From: an archaeon
GTDB taxonomy: Archaea; Nanobdellota; Nanobdellia; Pacearchaeales; GW2011-AR1
Assembly: GCA_021107855.1 (NCBI GenBank)
Contig: JAIORZ010000002.1
Location: 315,316 to 379,315 of the forward strand
Direction: 5' to 3'
DNA: 64,000 bases
Shown here: positions 36,689-47,000 of the stretch, in pieces
Position numbering within the stretch: the stretch's first letter is position 1
How the letters are laid out: every line of letters starts with the position of its first letter
Notes under the pieces: generated by a model
What the model was told of the DNA's origin: nothing
The model's input: only the letters and a program-made list of their open reading frames with translations
Database searches by the model: none
Program-made: the position numbers and the translations under genes

Positions 36689-36874
36689 ATGAATAAATAC
36701 CTACAAATACTAATCGGACTAGTTTTCTTACTTGCTCCAATTTACGCATGGATAGTAGATTTCGCAGGCCTCGGAACAGCGGCTCTAACGTTCCTGAAAG
36801 GCGGCGTTATATGGATACTCCTAGGAATGGGGACAGCCTTCCTAGTGATGGGAATTTCAGAGCTCAAAGATTAG
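36689..36874 (+). CDS. Small two-TM membrane protein
   Basis: 61 aa, two hydrophobic helices, ends GISELKD. Confidence 0.7.
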   Translation: MNKYLQILIGLVFLLAPIYAWIVDFAGLGTAALTFLKGGVIWILLGMGTAFLVMGISELKD

Positions 36875-36913
36875 TACAACAATTCCTTTAAACCACAACC
36901 ATTTTAGCCATGC

Positions 36914-38113
36914 ATGGATTCATTATGTATTCGATGCAAGGGAAAGGGACTATGCGGACATCCATGCAGAATCCTTGCTAAATTCAAACAGAACGCTCCG
37001 AAACCACGCCTTCACTTCTCCGGGAAATCCGCACCAGAACTTTTTGTCGGACGAATCGGTTACCCCAATATTAACTCCGGAATTCTCACTCCCTCAGAAA
37101 ACGACAACATATCAAATTTCCCATCTGCCGAAGAATGGTCAAAACAAAATTTCTCGGTAGCAAACGTCTTAAGACTTCGCGGACAATTAATCTACGGCAA
37201 AAGTCAAATGAACATTAAAACTCCAAATCGCTTAAAACAAGTCACCCAAGAACTCGCTCTATCCTCAAAACCAGTTTCAACCGAAATCTTCCTCAAGAAA
37301 AAACCAACATTCCAATTCACAATCGACAAAGTTTTTCAACCTATGACAAATCCAGCCCCACTCCATCGCGCAATTCTCGAAGAAAACCCACACGTCCCAA
37401 AAAAAGTCGATTACCTCATCAACGACACCGACATCAAATCAGTCGACGCTATAAACGAACTCTACTCCGCAAACACAAAAATAGACCACCTCCAAAAACT
37501 CCTTTCAATCGGACTCCTCGGAAAAAAATCCGCTCGACGAATGGTTCCGACAAGATGGAGCATAACAGCAACCGACGACACAATCTCAAAAGAACACCTT
37601 AAAAAAATCCGCTACTTCCAACAAATAAATCAAATCACGTTATACTCAGGAAACTTCCTCGGCAACTATATAGAATTCCTAATCCTCCCAGGTCACTTTT
37701 CTTTTGAAGCATTTGAAGCATGGATGTCCGGTTCAACTTACTCGTCGGACAGAACCGAAATCTCTTCTGATTTTGAAGGTTTTAATGGGAGAAAGAAATA
37801 TGCTTTCAATGTTACAGGAGGGTATTATGCGATGCGTCTTCCTTTGACTGAACATTTGGTAAAGATAAAAAGACAGGCGACGGTCTTGGTCTTTAGAGAA
37901 ATTCTTCCGGAATATTATGCTCCTTTGGGTGTTGGAATAGTCAGGGAAACAGCTAGGCGAGCTTTCCAGAATTCGCCGAAACATTTCGATACAATCCAAG
38001 ACGCACTACAAGACATCGACACAAGAACTAAAACCCCAATAGAAATAATCAAGGAAAAATCTTGGATACTAAATATTTACGGCAAACAAAAATCTTTAAA
38101 CGAATTCTTCTAG
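36914..38113 (+). CDS. nreA: Nre family DNA repair protein
   Basis: CIRCKGKGLCG..C, FVGRIGYP, RMVPTRWSITATD, GGYYAMR, YYAPLGV, C-terminal PIP box QKSLNEFF. Confidence 0.93.
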   Translation: MDSLCIRCKGKGLCGHPCRILAKFKQNAPKPRLHFSGKSAPELFVGRIGYPNINSGILTPSENDNISNFPSAEEWSKQNFSVANVLRLRGQLIYGKSQMNIKTPNRLKQVTQELALSSKPVSTEIFLKKKPTFQFTIDKVFQPMTNPAPLHRAILEENPHVPKKVDYLINDTDIKSVDAINELYSANTKIDHLQKLLSIGLLGKKSARRMVPTRWSITATDDTISKEHLKKIRYFQQINQITLYSGNFLGNYIEFLILPGHFSFEAFEAWMSGSTYSSDRTEISSDFEGFNGRKKYAFNVTGGYYAMRLPLTEHLVKIKRQATVLVFREILPEYYAPLGVGIVRETARRAFQNSPKHFDTIQDALQDIDTRTKTPIEIIKEKSWILNIYGKQKSLNEFF

Positions 38114-38116
38114 TGC

Positions 38117-38431
38117 TTACTGCAATAAATTCTCCAACCCAGTCACTGCCTGAATCGCCTTAATAGCCTTATCGTAAGCAGTACAAGAAGAACTGGAAAT
38201 CCTAATATTACCAGATTTCATCTTGGGAAACATCCAAATCTCAACACTAGCCTTAGATCCTTTATTATAATAACTAGCTCTACACCCAAAAAATACTTTC
38301 TTATCAATAAATTTGCAAAACTCGCCATAATTTTCAAATCCTAACTTTGCAACATCCTTTTTCAACAAACTCACAAATGTTTTAATGTTTTCATAATCGT
38401 CGCTTTCAAATCCTATAATCTGACTAATCAT
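38117..38431 (-). CDS. Hypothetical protein
   Basis: 104-aa ORF. Confidence 0.5.
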   Translation of the reverse strand: MISQIIGFESDDYENIKTFVSLLKKDVAKLGFENYGEFCKFIDKKVFFGCRASYYNKGSKASVEIWMFPKMKSGNIRISSSSCTAYDKAIKAIQAVTGLENLLQ

Positions 38432-38476
38432 TATAAATTCATCAAATTATCTTATTTAAAGATATAGCGAGCCTAA

Positions 38477-39037
38477 TCACATAAATCCCACAAGTATACC
38501 CTCAATAATCGCGGCGATAATTAACAAAGGAAACACAACAAAAACAAAAAACCTCAAACCCTCCCTGAGATTATATTTCACCTTCCCATTAAAAATAGAC
38601 GTCCCTATCTTCACCCCAATTCCAATCGAAAAAATCACAGCCGGCAACTCAAAAATCCCGTGCGGAAGAATCCTCCACATCGTAAAAATACCCCCCACAG
38701 CAACAGCCTCACTAGCAACAAACCCAAGCAAATATCCATTTACAACACAAATCACAATCGGAAAAATTCCAAACAAAACCCCAAGCACCATCGCCAGAAA
38801 ACTCGCCTGCAAATTATTCAAAAAAATAAAGACAACTAATTCCCAAACCCCCTTTCCTTCAATCTTTAACATTAACTCTTCAATAAATGCAAAAATCTCT
38901 GCCCTAAAAAAAACAGGGAAAGCAAATCCAATCAAAAACGTCAAAAAGAAAAGCCCTAGAGAAAAAACAATGAACCATCTAGATTCTTGAGCGAATTTCC
39001 AACACTTCTTGTAGTTCTTACCAAAAAAATTCTTCAT
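38477..39037 (-). CDS. SpoIIM/DUF95 family membrane protein
   Basis: IFLNN, NGYLLG, ILPHGIFELPA, AAIIEG. Confidence 0.88.
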   Translation of the reverse strand: MKNFFGKNYKKCWKFAQESRWFIVFSLGLFFLTFLIGFAFPVFFRAEIFAFIEELMLKIEGKGVWELVVFIFLNNLQASFLAMVLGVLFGIFPIVICVVNGYLLGFVASEAVAVGGIFTMWRILPHGIFELPAVIFSIGIGVKIGTSIFNGKVKYNLREGLRFFVFVVFPLLIIAAIIEGILVGFM

Positions 39038-39067
39038 AAAATAACATCGATTCAAAACTATATAAAA

Positions 39068-39712
39068 TTACCGCGCAAAATACCGACTAATCATTTTAGT
39101 CTTCCTCGGAAATCGTTTCCTCAAATAAAACCCATATCCAAGTCCAACAATTAAACCACCGAAATGCGCCGTATTACCAATTGGCAAACCAAGACCAAGC
39201 GACAAAGCCCAGAGACCAAACATCAGAAAACCCATCGCAGCCCACATTGGCATTGGGATAATAAAAAAGACCAAAACAGGAAGCCTAGGAGTTAGAACAG
39301 CCAAAAGTCCACCCAGTGCAAAAATCGCACCGCTTGCCCCAACTGCGTAAACATTCATATCCACTCCACTAGCCAAAGCTATCAAAACAAAAAACAACCC
39401 AGCAAAAAGCCCACCAGCAAAATACAAACTCAAAAATCGTTTCTTCCCAATTAATTTCTCAACGAAACCCCCGATAAACATCAACGAAATCATATTTACA
39501 AACAAATGTCCAAATCCTGCATGCATAAACATACTAGTAAAAAAAGTCCAAACATTTTGTCCCTGTAAAACCATTGAGGGCATTAACGCGACCCAAGAAA
39601 CAATTCTAGCCTCACCAAAAGAAACCATCAAAACCAAAACACCGACAAACGCAACAACATTCGCCGCAATCAAAGCACCAGTATAACTAGAAAAAATCTT
39701 TTCTTTCATCAC
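39068..39712 (-). CDS. Rhomboid family intramembrane serine protease
   Basis: TSMFMH...HLFVNM, GASGA, AHFGG. Confidence 0.95.
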   Translation of the reverse strand: MMKEKIFSSYTGALIAANVVAFVGVLVLMVSFGEARIVSWVALMPSMVLQGQNVWTFFTSMFMHAGFGHLFVNMISLMFIGGFVEKLIGKKRFLSLYFAGGLFAGLFFVLIALASGVDMNVYAVGASGAIFALGGLLAVLTPRLPVLVFFIIPMPMWAAMGFLMFGLWALSLGLGLPIGNTAHFGGLIVGLGYGFYLRKRFPRKTKMISRYFAR

Positions 39713-40557
39713 TTCTTCCCGACAAGTTTCTTTTTCAATTTACTAGCTAAACTAATTTTTTTCTTGACAATTTTCTTCGGAACTTTTTTCGCAGTCTTCT
39801 TTTTAACAACCTTTTTAGAAACTTTCTTTTTGACAACTTTCTTCTTAGCAATTTTCTTTTTAACAACTTTCTTAGTGACCTTTCTCTTAACAACTTTTTT
39901 AACACTCTTCCCCTTCTCTGCTGCAATCTTTTTCCGAGCCGCCGCACGAGCCGCCTTCATTAACTCCTTCTTAGCTTGGTCTTCCTTCGCCAATTTATTA
40001 GAAGCTCTCTTCCGAGCAATCGTCTTCCTCTTCCGAACAACATCAAGCTCCTTCTCAATCAAAGCCAAATTTCTCTTCGTCCGAGTAATCCAAGTCTTCG
40101 CCTCACGAATAGGCCGACTATTATCACTCAACTCATAAATATCCGCACATTCCTCACAGCTAAACCCATGCTCTAACGCCTTCTCTTCCCCAACCTCAAT
40201 ATCACACGACTTACAAACATAAAATCGTTTCGTCTCACGGCTCTTCAATGTCCCCTCAAACCCCGCAATCTTTTTCTGCAACGACCCTTCCAACTTCTCC
40301 AAACATTTCTCCCGGTTCAACGTCCAATAATAAATATACCAACCCTTCCGCTTATCTTTCTTCCTAACAAACGAAACCAAATTATCCGCCGACAACTTAT
40401 ACAAAATATTCCGAACCTGATTAATTGTCAACTCCATTTTTTTCGCAATTAAAAATTCATTAACATTTTTCTTCCCAAACAAAATCTCAACAATCCTGCC
40501 AGTGTCCTCGCCAGCCATCTCCTCGACAAGATCGTGCAAAAGTTTAATCTGTAACAT
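39709..40557 (-). CDS. tfe: Transcription factor E alpha with Lys-rich C-terminal tail
   Basis: INQVRNILYKL...GWYIYYW wH, CKSC...CEEC Zn ribbon, coiled coil, KKVVKKK repeats. Confidence 0.92.
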   Translation of the reverse strand: MLQIKLLHDLVEEMAGEDTGRIVEILFGKKNVNEFLIAKKMELTINQVRNILYKLSADNLVSFVRKKDKRKGWYIYYWTLNREKCLEKLEGSLQKKIAGFEGTLKSRETKRFYVCKSCDIEVGEEKALEHGFSCEECADIYELSDNSRPIREAKTWITRTKRNLALIEKELDVVRKRKTIARKRASNKLAKEDQAKKELMKAARAAARKKIAAEKGKSVKKVVKRKVTKKVVKKKIAKKKVVKKKVSKKVVKKKTAKKVPKKIVKKKISLASKLKKKLVGKK

Positions 40558-40668
40558 TCACACCGAAATAGATTTTCTTTTATATATCTTTCTCTACCAT
40601 CCTCGACGAAATGTAGTCATTATAAAATTACTATAAACCTATAAAAAGAAATTAAGACAAATCATATT

Positions 40669-41346
40669 ATGGGGTTATTTAGTAAAAAAGAAGAGGTGCC
40701 GAAAATACCTACCGCGCCAGCGCTACCAGAACTTCCAAAACTTGGGTCGTCCGAGCCAAAAAAAGAACTCCCAGAACTCCCATCTTTCCCGTCAAGTTCC
40801 AAAAATGATACTTTTAATCAGGAAATGCTAAAGTCCGCTGTGACTGATATGCCATCCCCTGGAGAAAGCGAGGTGCACGCGCAACCTAAAACTTTGCCCG
40901 TAGTAGAGGGGAGAAAAGAGGAATCCATGGTTTCTCCAAGTCCTCCTCTGCAAAACACAATACCAACTCCCCCAAAAATGCCTACCGCTCCAGTTGCCCC
41001 AGCTGCTCCAATTGCTCCTCCTACTCCAACTCTCCCAGCTGCTCCCCAATTGTCACCAAAGTTAATCACCCCAAAACCAGTTGCTCCAAAACCAGCCAGT
41101 CATCCCGCATCCGCACCCACTCACCAGCAAGGCGAACCAATCTTCATAAGAATCGACAAATTTCAAGCTTCACAAAAAAACTTCGAAACGATTAAGAGCA
41201 AGATTGAAGAAATAGAGTCAATTCTTAAAAAAATAGATGATATAAAATCACAAGAAGAAGAAGAATTAAAAGGTTGGACCGAAGATATCGAAAAAATCAA
41301 ATCTCGATTAGCCGAAATCGACGACGACATCTTTAACCAAATTTAG
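40669..41346 (+). CDS. Hypothetical Pro-rich protein with C-terminal coiled coil
   Basis: MGLFSKK, PxLP repeats, EPIFIRIDKF...W. Confidence 0.7.
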   Translation: MGLFSKKEEVPKIPTAPALPELPKLGSSEPKKELPELPSFPSSSKNDTFNQEMLKSAVTDMPSPGESEVHAQPKTLPVVEGRKEESMVSPSPPLQNTIPTPPKMPTAPVAPAAPIAPPTPTLPAAPQLSPKLITPKPVAPKPASHPASAPTHQQGEPIFIRIDKFQASQKNFETIKSKIEEIESILKKIDDIKSQEEEELKGWTEDIEKIKSRLAEIDDDIFNQI

Positions 41347-41354
41347 TTAAAACC

Positions 41355-41702
41355 ATGGCCACAGAAGAAGAAATTTACCTCTCAATATCTTTGCCAAATT
41401 ATAAAACAAGCAAGCTGAACACTCTAATGGCACAGACAGACCTCCTCCAAATTCTCAAAAAACTCCACAAGCTCAAGGTCCTCTCCCGTCGAAAATGCGA
41501 CCTCAAAAAGAGTCTCCAAAAACAAATAACATCTACACTCATCCAAATAGATTCAATCCAAAATAAACTACCAACTTCAAAAGTTCCGAAGACAATACAG
41601 AAAAGAAAGAAAATAGAAAAGAAAGAAACTTTTTCAAAACGTAGCACAATAGAAAAAGAATTACAACTAATCAATGAAAAATTACGAGAACTAAATTCTT
41701 AG
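41355..41702 (+). CDS. Hypothetical coiled-coil protein
   Basis: 115-aa basic ORF directly after the previous gene. Confidence 0.65.
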   Translation: MATEEEIYLSISLPNYKTSKLNTLMAQTDLLQILKKLHKLKVLSRRKCDLKKSLQKQITSTLIQIDSIQNKLPTSKVPKTIQKRKKIEKKETFSKRSTIEKELQLINEKLRELNS

Positions 41703-41764
41703 CTCACCGAAATACTTAGTAAGCAAAACCCTAATTTTAAAAACTCCAAATTTTTAACAATATA

Positions 41765-43654
41765 ATGGACAGAAAAGAACTAATAAAAAAATACATCGAA
41801 TTCTTTAAATCGAAAGACCACGCCCAAATTAAAAATTCATCTCTTGTTCCAGAAAACGACCCAACAGTTCTCTTCACAACCGCCGGAATGCATCCCTTAG
41901 TCCCGTTCCTTCTGGGAGAAACACACCCTCAAGGAAAACGAGTAGTAAATGTACAAAGGTGTATTAGGACGGGAGATATAGAGGAAGTAGGTGATACGAC
42001 GCATCATACATTTTTCGAAATGCTTGGGAATTGGTCGCTTGGAGATTACTTCAAAAAAGGGGGAATTGAAATGTCTTATGAATTTTTAACAAAAACTCTA
42101 GGCTTAAAAAAAGAAAGGTTAGCGGTATCGGTTTTTAAAGGAGATGAAAATGGTCCTCGCGATAAAGAGTCAGCACAAATTTGGAAGGACCAGGGAGTTT
42201 CAGAAGAACGAATCGCATATCTACCAGCAGAAGATAATTGGTGGGGTCCTGCTGGGCAAACCGGTCCATGCGGTCCATGCACTGAAATGTTCTATTGGAA
42301 ATTAAATGATGAGCCAGCCCCAAAAAAGTTTGACCCCGAAGACGATAATTGGGTAGAAATTTGGAATGATGTTTTAATGGAATATAATAAAGATTCTGAG
42401 GGAAATTACAACAAAGCCTCCCAGCAAAACGTCGACACTGGGATGGGAACAGAAAGAACAGTAGCGGTTTTGGATGGCTTGGAAGACAACTATTTAGCAG
42501 ACATGTGGAAACCAATAATCGAAAAAGTAGAAACCATTTCAAAACACACATATAGCGAAGGTGAAACAATAAAGAGAGCAATGCGAATCATCGCAGACCA
42601 CATCAAAGCCGCAACATTCATAATCAACGACGGCATAACCCCCAGCAATTCCGACCAAGGCTATGTCCTAAGAAGATTAATCCGAAGAGCAATCCGTTAC
42701 GGGAAAACATTAGGAATCGAATCATTCACATCTCAAGTAGCAAACGCAATATATCCGATTTACGATGATTATGAATTGGACAAAGAAAAAATCAATTCGG
42801 AATTAATAAGAGAAGAAGAAAAATTTAACTTGACTTTAGAGAACGGATTGAAAATAGCAGAAAGAGTATTCAAAAATAAAACACAAATCAGCGGTGAAAA
42901 ATTCAACAAACTAATGAATGACCCAAACAAAGCGGACTTAATAGGAAGGGTATTTGAAAAAAGAGAAAATAAAAAAGACTATTCATTAAAAAATCCTAAA
43001 CTATCTGAGAAAGAAATTGACGACGCCACCATAAATGGGAAAGAAGCGTTTTTACTTTATCAAAGTTATGGGTTCCCTATTGAAATGATAGACGAACTAG
43101 CCATGGCAAAAAATCTAGTTGTAAATCATAGGGATTTCAAAAACGAATGCAAGAAACATCAAGAGCTCTCCCGTACAGCCTCAGCAGGAAAATTCAAATC
43201 AGGACTAGCGGACAACTCCGGACAAACAACAAAACTCCACACCGCATCCCACCTCCTAAACGAAGCCCTAAGAGAAGTCCTCAAAGACAAAAACATTTCT
43301 CAACGTGGTTCCAACATCACCCCAGAACGCCTAAGGTTCGACTTCAACTTCAACCGAAAACTGACCGATGAAGAGAAGCAAGAAATTGAAGACTTAATTA
43401 ACGAAAAAATAAAGGAATCAATCCCCGTCGAACTTCAAGAGATGTCGGTTCAAGAAGCAAAGGAAATGGGAGCACACGGGATGTTCGATGATAAATACGG
43501 AGACAAAGTAAAAGTCTACAAAATCGGAAATTTTTCCAAGGAAATTTGTGCTGGTCCACATGTCCAAAATACTTCAGAACTTGGGACATTCAAAATCAAA
43601 AAAGAAGGATCTTCGTCTTCTGGTGTTAGAAGAATCAAAGCAACCTTAAGCTGA
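41765..43654 (+). CDS. alaS: Alanyl-tRNA synthetase (short form lacking the C-Ala domain)
   Basis: DPTVLFTTAGM, HHTFFEMLGNWS, GPCGPCTE, DTGMGTER, editing HTASH...CAGPH. Confidence 0.97.
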   Translation: MDRKELIKKYIEFFKSKDHAQIKNSSLVPENDPTVLFTTAGMHPLVPFLLGETHPQGKRVVNVQRCIRTGDIEEVGDTTHHTFFEMLGNWSLGDYFKKGGIEMSYEFLTKTLGLKKERLAVSVFKGDENGPRDKESAQIWKDQGVSEERIAYLPAEDNWWGPAGQTGPCGPCTEMFYWKLNDEPAPKKFDPEDDNWVEIWNDVLMEYNKDSEGNYNKASQQNVDTGMGTERTVAVLDGLEDNYLADMWKPIIEKVETISKHTYSEGETIKRAMRIIADHIKAATFIINDGITPSNSDQGYVLRRLIRRAIRYGKTLGIESFTSQVANAIYPIYDDYELDKEKINSELIREEEKFNLTLENGLKIAERVFKNKTQISGEKFNKLMNDPNKADLIGRVFEKRENKKDYSLKNPKLSEKEIDDATINGKEAFLLYQSYGFPIEMIDELAMAKNLVVNHRDFKNECKKHQELSRTASAGKFKSGLADNSGQTTKLHTASHLLNEALREVLKDKNISQRGSNITPERLRFDFNFNRKLTDEEKQEIEDLINEKIKESIPVELQEMSVQEAKEMGAHGMFDDKYGDKVKVYKIGNFSKEICAGPHVQNTSELGTFKIKKEGSSSSGVRRIKATLS

Positions 43655-44041
43655 TTTTATCCTCTTAACTTTTTTCAAAATCTCTTCAACCAATCTCTCC
43701 GCTCTTCGGTTTACTTTATAATCATATTCCATCTTCGCCCTATCTTTCTGCATCTGCCTATTCTGACTCATCAAAATCACCGGAGCCTGCAACGCCGCAA
43801 TACAACTCAAAACCAAATTCAAAAGAATAAAAGGATACGGGTCCCATCCGTCTATCCAAGCATAAACATTCACAGTCATCCAAATCCCCAAAAAAACCAA
43901 AAACGAAAGAATAAAAGTCCAACTTCCAGCCCATTTAGAAAGCGCATCAGCAGCTCTTTCCCCAGAAGTCCGCTGTCTAGTCAAAACATTATTAGCAGTT
44001 TTAGGTTTCACCGGCTTATTTTTAGTCGCAACTTTCACCAT
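43646..44041 (-). CDS. DUF1003 family membrane protein
   Basis: GSWTFI...DPYPFILLNLVLSCIAALQAPVILMSQNRQ. Confidence 0.92.
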   Translation of the reverse strand: MVKVATKNKPVKPKTANNVLTRQRTSGERAADALSKWAGSWTFILSFLVFLGIWMTVNVYAWIDGWDPYPFILLNLVLSCIAALQAPVILMSQNRQMQKDRAKMEYDYKVNRRAERLVEEILKKVKRIKSA

Positions 44042-44075
44042 ATCAGACAAAACAAAACCTACTTTAAAAAACTAA

Positions 44076-47000
44076 TCATTCCAAATAAACAGAAGGCATC
44101 CCGGGTTTAGCTTTCTTCGCCATATTCTTCGGGTCAATCTTCTCAGAATCATTAACCGTAAAAACTTCCACCTCCCTCTCAATCTCCGCCCCAATCCTAC
44201 CAACATCAACACCCTCCCTCTCAAACGGCATCACATAAACATAAACCTTCTTTGTGCCCTTTTTCAAAATCCCCTTAACCCTCTCAATAATCTTACCATT
44301 CAAATCCATCATCTCAGACTTCTTCTCAATTTTAGACTCATCAAATTCAGGCCAAGAAAAATCAGAAACAAAAACTTTGTTCCCCAACTTCTCCCACAAT
44401 TCCTCACTAATATGTGGACAAATCGGACTCAACAACTTCAAAAATTTCTCCAATGTATCCATAGAAGCCTCCTTCTCAGACGCAATCAAATCAAACAACT
44501 CCCTAATCTCAATCGTCGCCTTTCTATACAAAAATTCGTCATAATACTTCGAAACATTTCTAACAACCTCATTAACTTTAGATTCCAATTTTGCGGAATC
44601 CTTATCAATTTTAACACTATCAAAAACTCCAAAAATTCTCTTGACAAATCTCAAGCTCCCAATAATCCCCCTCTCACTCCAATCAATATCCTTATCAGGA
44701 GAAGCCAAACTGGACAAGAAAAACCTCGCAGTATCGATGCCATATTTATCAGAAACGCTTTCCGGCAAAACAACATTCCCCTTAGACTTACTCATCTTAC
44801 TCCCATCCTCAGCATGAAGCATACCCTGATGAAACAACGAAGCAAACGGCTCTCCAAAATCAAACATTCCTAAATCCCTCAAAAATTTAACATAAAACCG
44901 AGAATAAATCAAATGCATACACGCATGCTCCTGTCCCCCAACATACCTATCCACCGGACACCAACTCTTAACCTTCTCAGAATCAAAAATACTCTCATCA
45001 TTATTCGGGTCACAAAATCTCAAAAAATACCACGAAGAATTAACAAAAGTATCCATAGTATCCGTCTCACGCTTAGCCTTCTTCCCGCACTTCGGACATT
45101 TAACATTAACCCATTTCTCATTCGTCAGCAACGGATTGCCGTCGCCAAACTTAACCTTCCGAGGCAACTTAACAGGAAATTCGTCTTCGGGGACAGGAAC
45201 GGCACCGCAATCTTTACAATGTATGATGGGGATAGGTGTCCCCCAATATCTCTGTCTAGAAATCCCCCAATCTCTCAATTTAAAATTGACGACCTTTTTA
45301 CCTAATCCTTTTGATTCCAAATGCTGGGTGATTCTTTCTTTGGCTTCGTTGTTATTCATTCCGTTGAAATCGCCTGAATTGACAAGATCGCCTGAATCAA
45401 CATAAGCCTCTTTAGAAATATCTCCACCCTTAACGACTTCCTTAACATCAATCCCATACTTTCTTGCAAACTCAAAATCCCTCTTATCATGTGCTGGAAC
45501 CCCCATAACCATCCCACTACCATAATCAGCAACGACAAAATTCCCAACATAAACGGGAATCCTCTCGCCATTAATAGGATTAACAGCATACGAACCACTA
45601 AACACACCCTTCTTCTCCATATCCCCTAACTCCTTCTCAGAAACACTCCCAAGTCCTTTTAAAAATTCTTCGACCTTCTCTCTCTCAGAATCCTTAACCA
45701 AATCCATCAACTTTTGATGTTGAGCGGAGACAACCATAAATGTAACTCCAAACAAAGTATCAGGACGGGTTGTGAAGATTGGCCATGTTTGGCTCCCAAT
45801 AATTTTGTCTAACAACTCGGGGAATTCGTTTGTTCCCATATGTTTTTTAATAAAATGTCCATGATTTTTAAGTTCAATCAACTCCCCTCCAAGTTCTTCA
45901 TTATATAATTTTGAACCTTGCATTATTTCTTCATAATCATTATTAGTTGTAAAAATAATTATCTCGCTAATATTTTTTTTAATATCTTTATCAATTTTAA
46001 AATCATAAAAGACCTCTGCCTTTTCATTATAATATTTAAGTACACATTTTTTAGCAGGTGCAATTAAAATTAATTTTTTAATTTTTGTTTTTGTTTCTCC
46101 CAGCCATCTAACTAAAAAAGCACATCCTAAACTATGTCCAATCAATATTGTATTTTCATTAACTCCTAATTTCTCAAATTCATTCTTCCAATCTTCATAA
46201 ACCGGGTTATTATAATTCGGCATTAGTGGAATATCCACTTTTATTCTATCTTCTATTTTATTTTTTATCCACAACATCCAAGGTTGCTCATTTGGTTCAA
46301 AATACCCTTTGTCACTATTAGCATTCAAAAATTGACTCCCATGCACAATCACAACATTTCCCTTCTCCCCCCCCTCCACCTCAAGCATAATCTCCGTTCC
46401 ATAACTCTTCCCAATCCAATTCCTCTGCATCGTCTTAGTCGTCTCCGGCCAATCAATATCATTCAGACCCTCATACAACTCATCAGCGTAATCCGTAATC
46501 TTAAAAAACCACTGCTTCAAATGCTTAACCTCGACGCTACTGTCCTCATGCCTCCAACAATTCCCATCATGAACCTGCTCATTCGCCAAAACAGTATTAC
46601 ACTCAGGACACCAATTAACAGCCGACTCCTTCTGATAAGCCAGCCCCTTCTCAAACATCTTCAAAAAAATCCACTGGTCCCACCTATAAAATTTAGGGTC
46701 ATCCGTAGAAATCATCCTAGACCAATCGTAACTCAACCCCAACGCTTTTTGCTGCTTAATATAATTGGCAATAGACTTTTTGTTATAATCCTCGGGATGC
46801 TCCCCAGCTTCAATCGCGGCATTCTCGGCAGGCAACCCCAAAGCGTCATATCCCATAGGATGTATAACATTAAACCCGCTCATAATTTTAAACCGAGCCA
46901 AAATATCCCCAATCGTATAATTCCAAGCGTGCCCCATGTGCAAACCAGACCCCGACGGATAAGGAAACATCTCAAGAACATAAAACTTCTCCCGTGGGTC

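Noticed and set aside
45786-46365. LeuRS insert as an intein
   Set aside because: No N-terminal Cys/Ser splice block, no terminal His-Asn and no LAGLIDADG motifs; the sequence matches an alpha/beta hydrolase.
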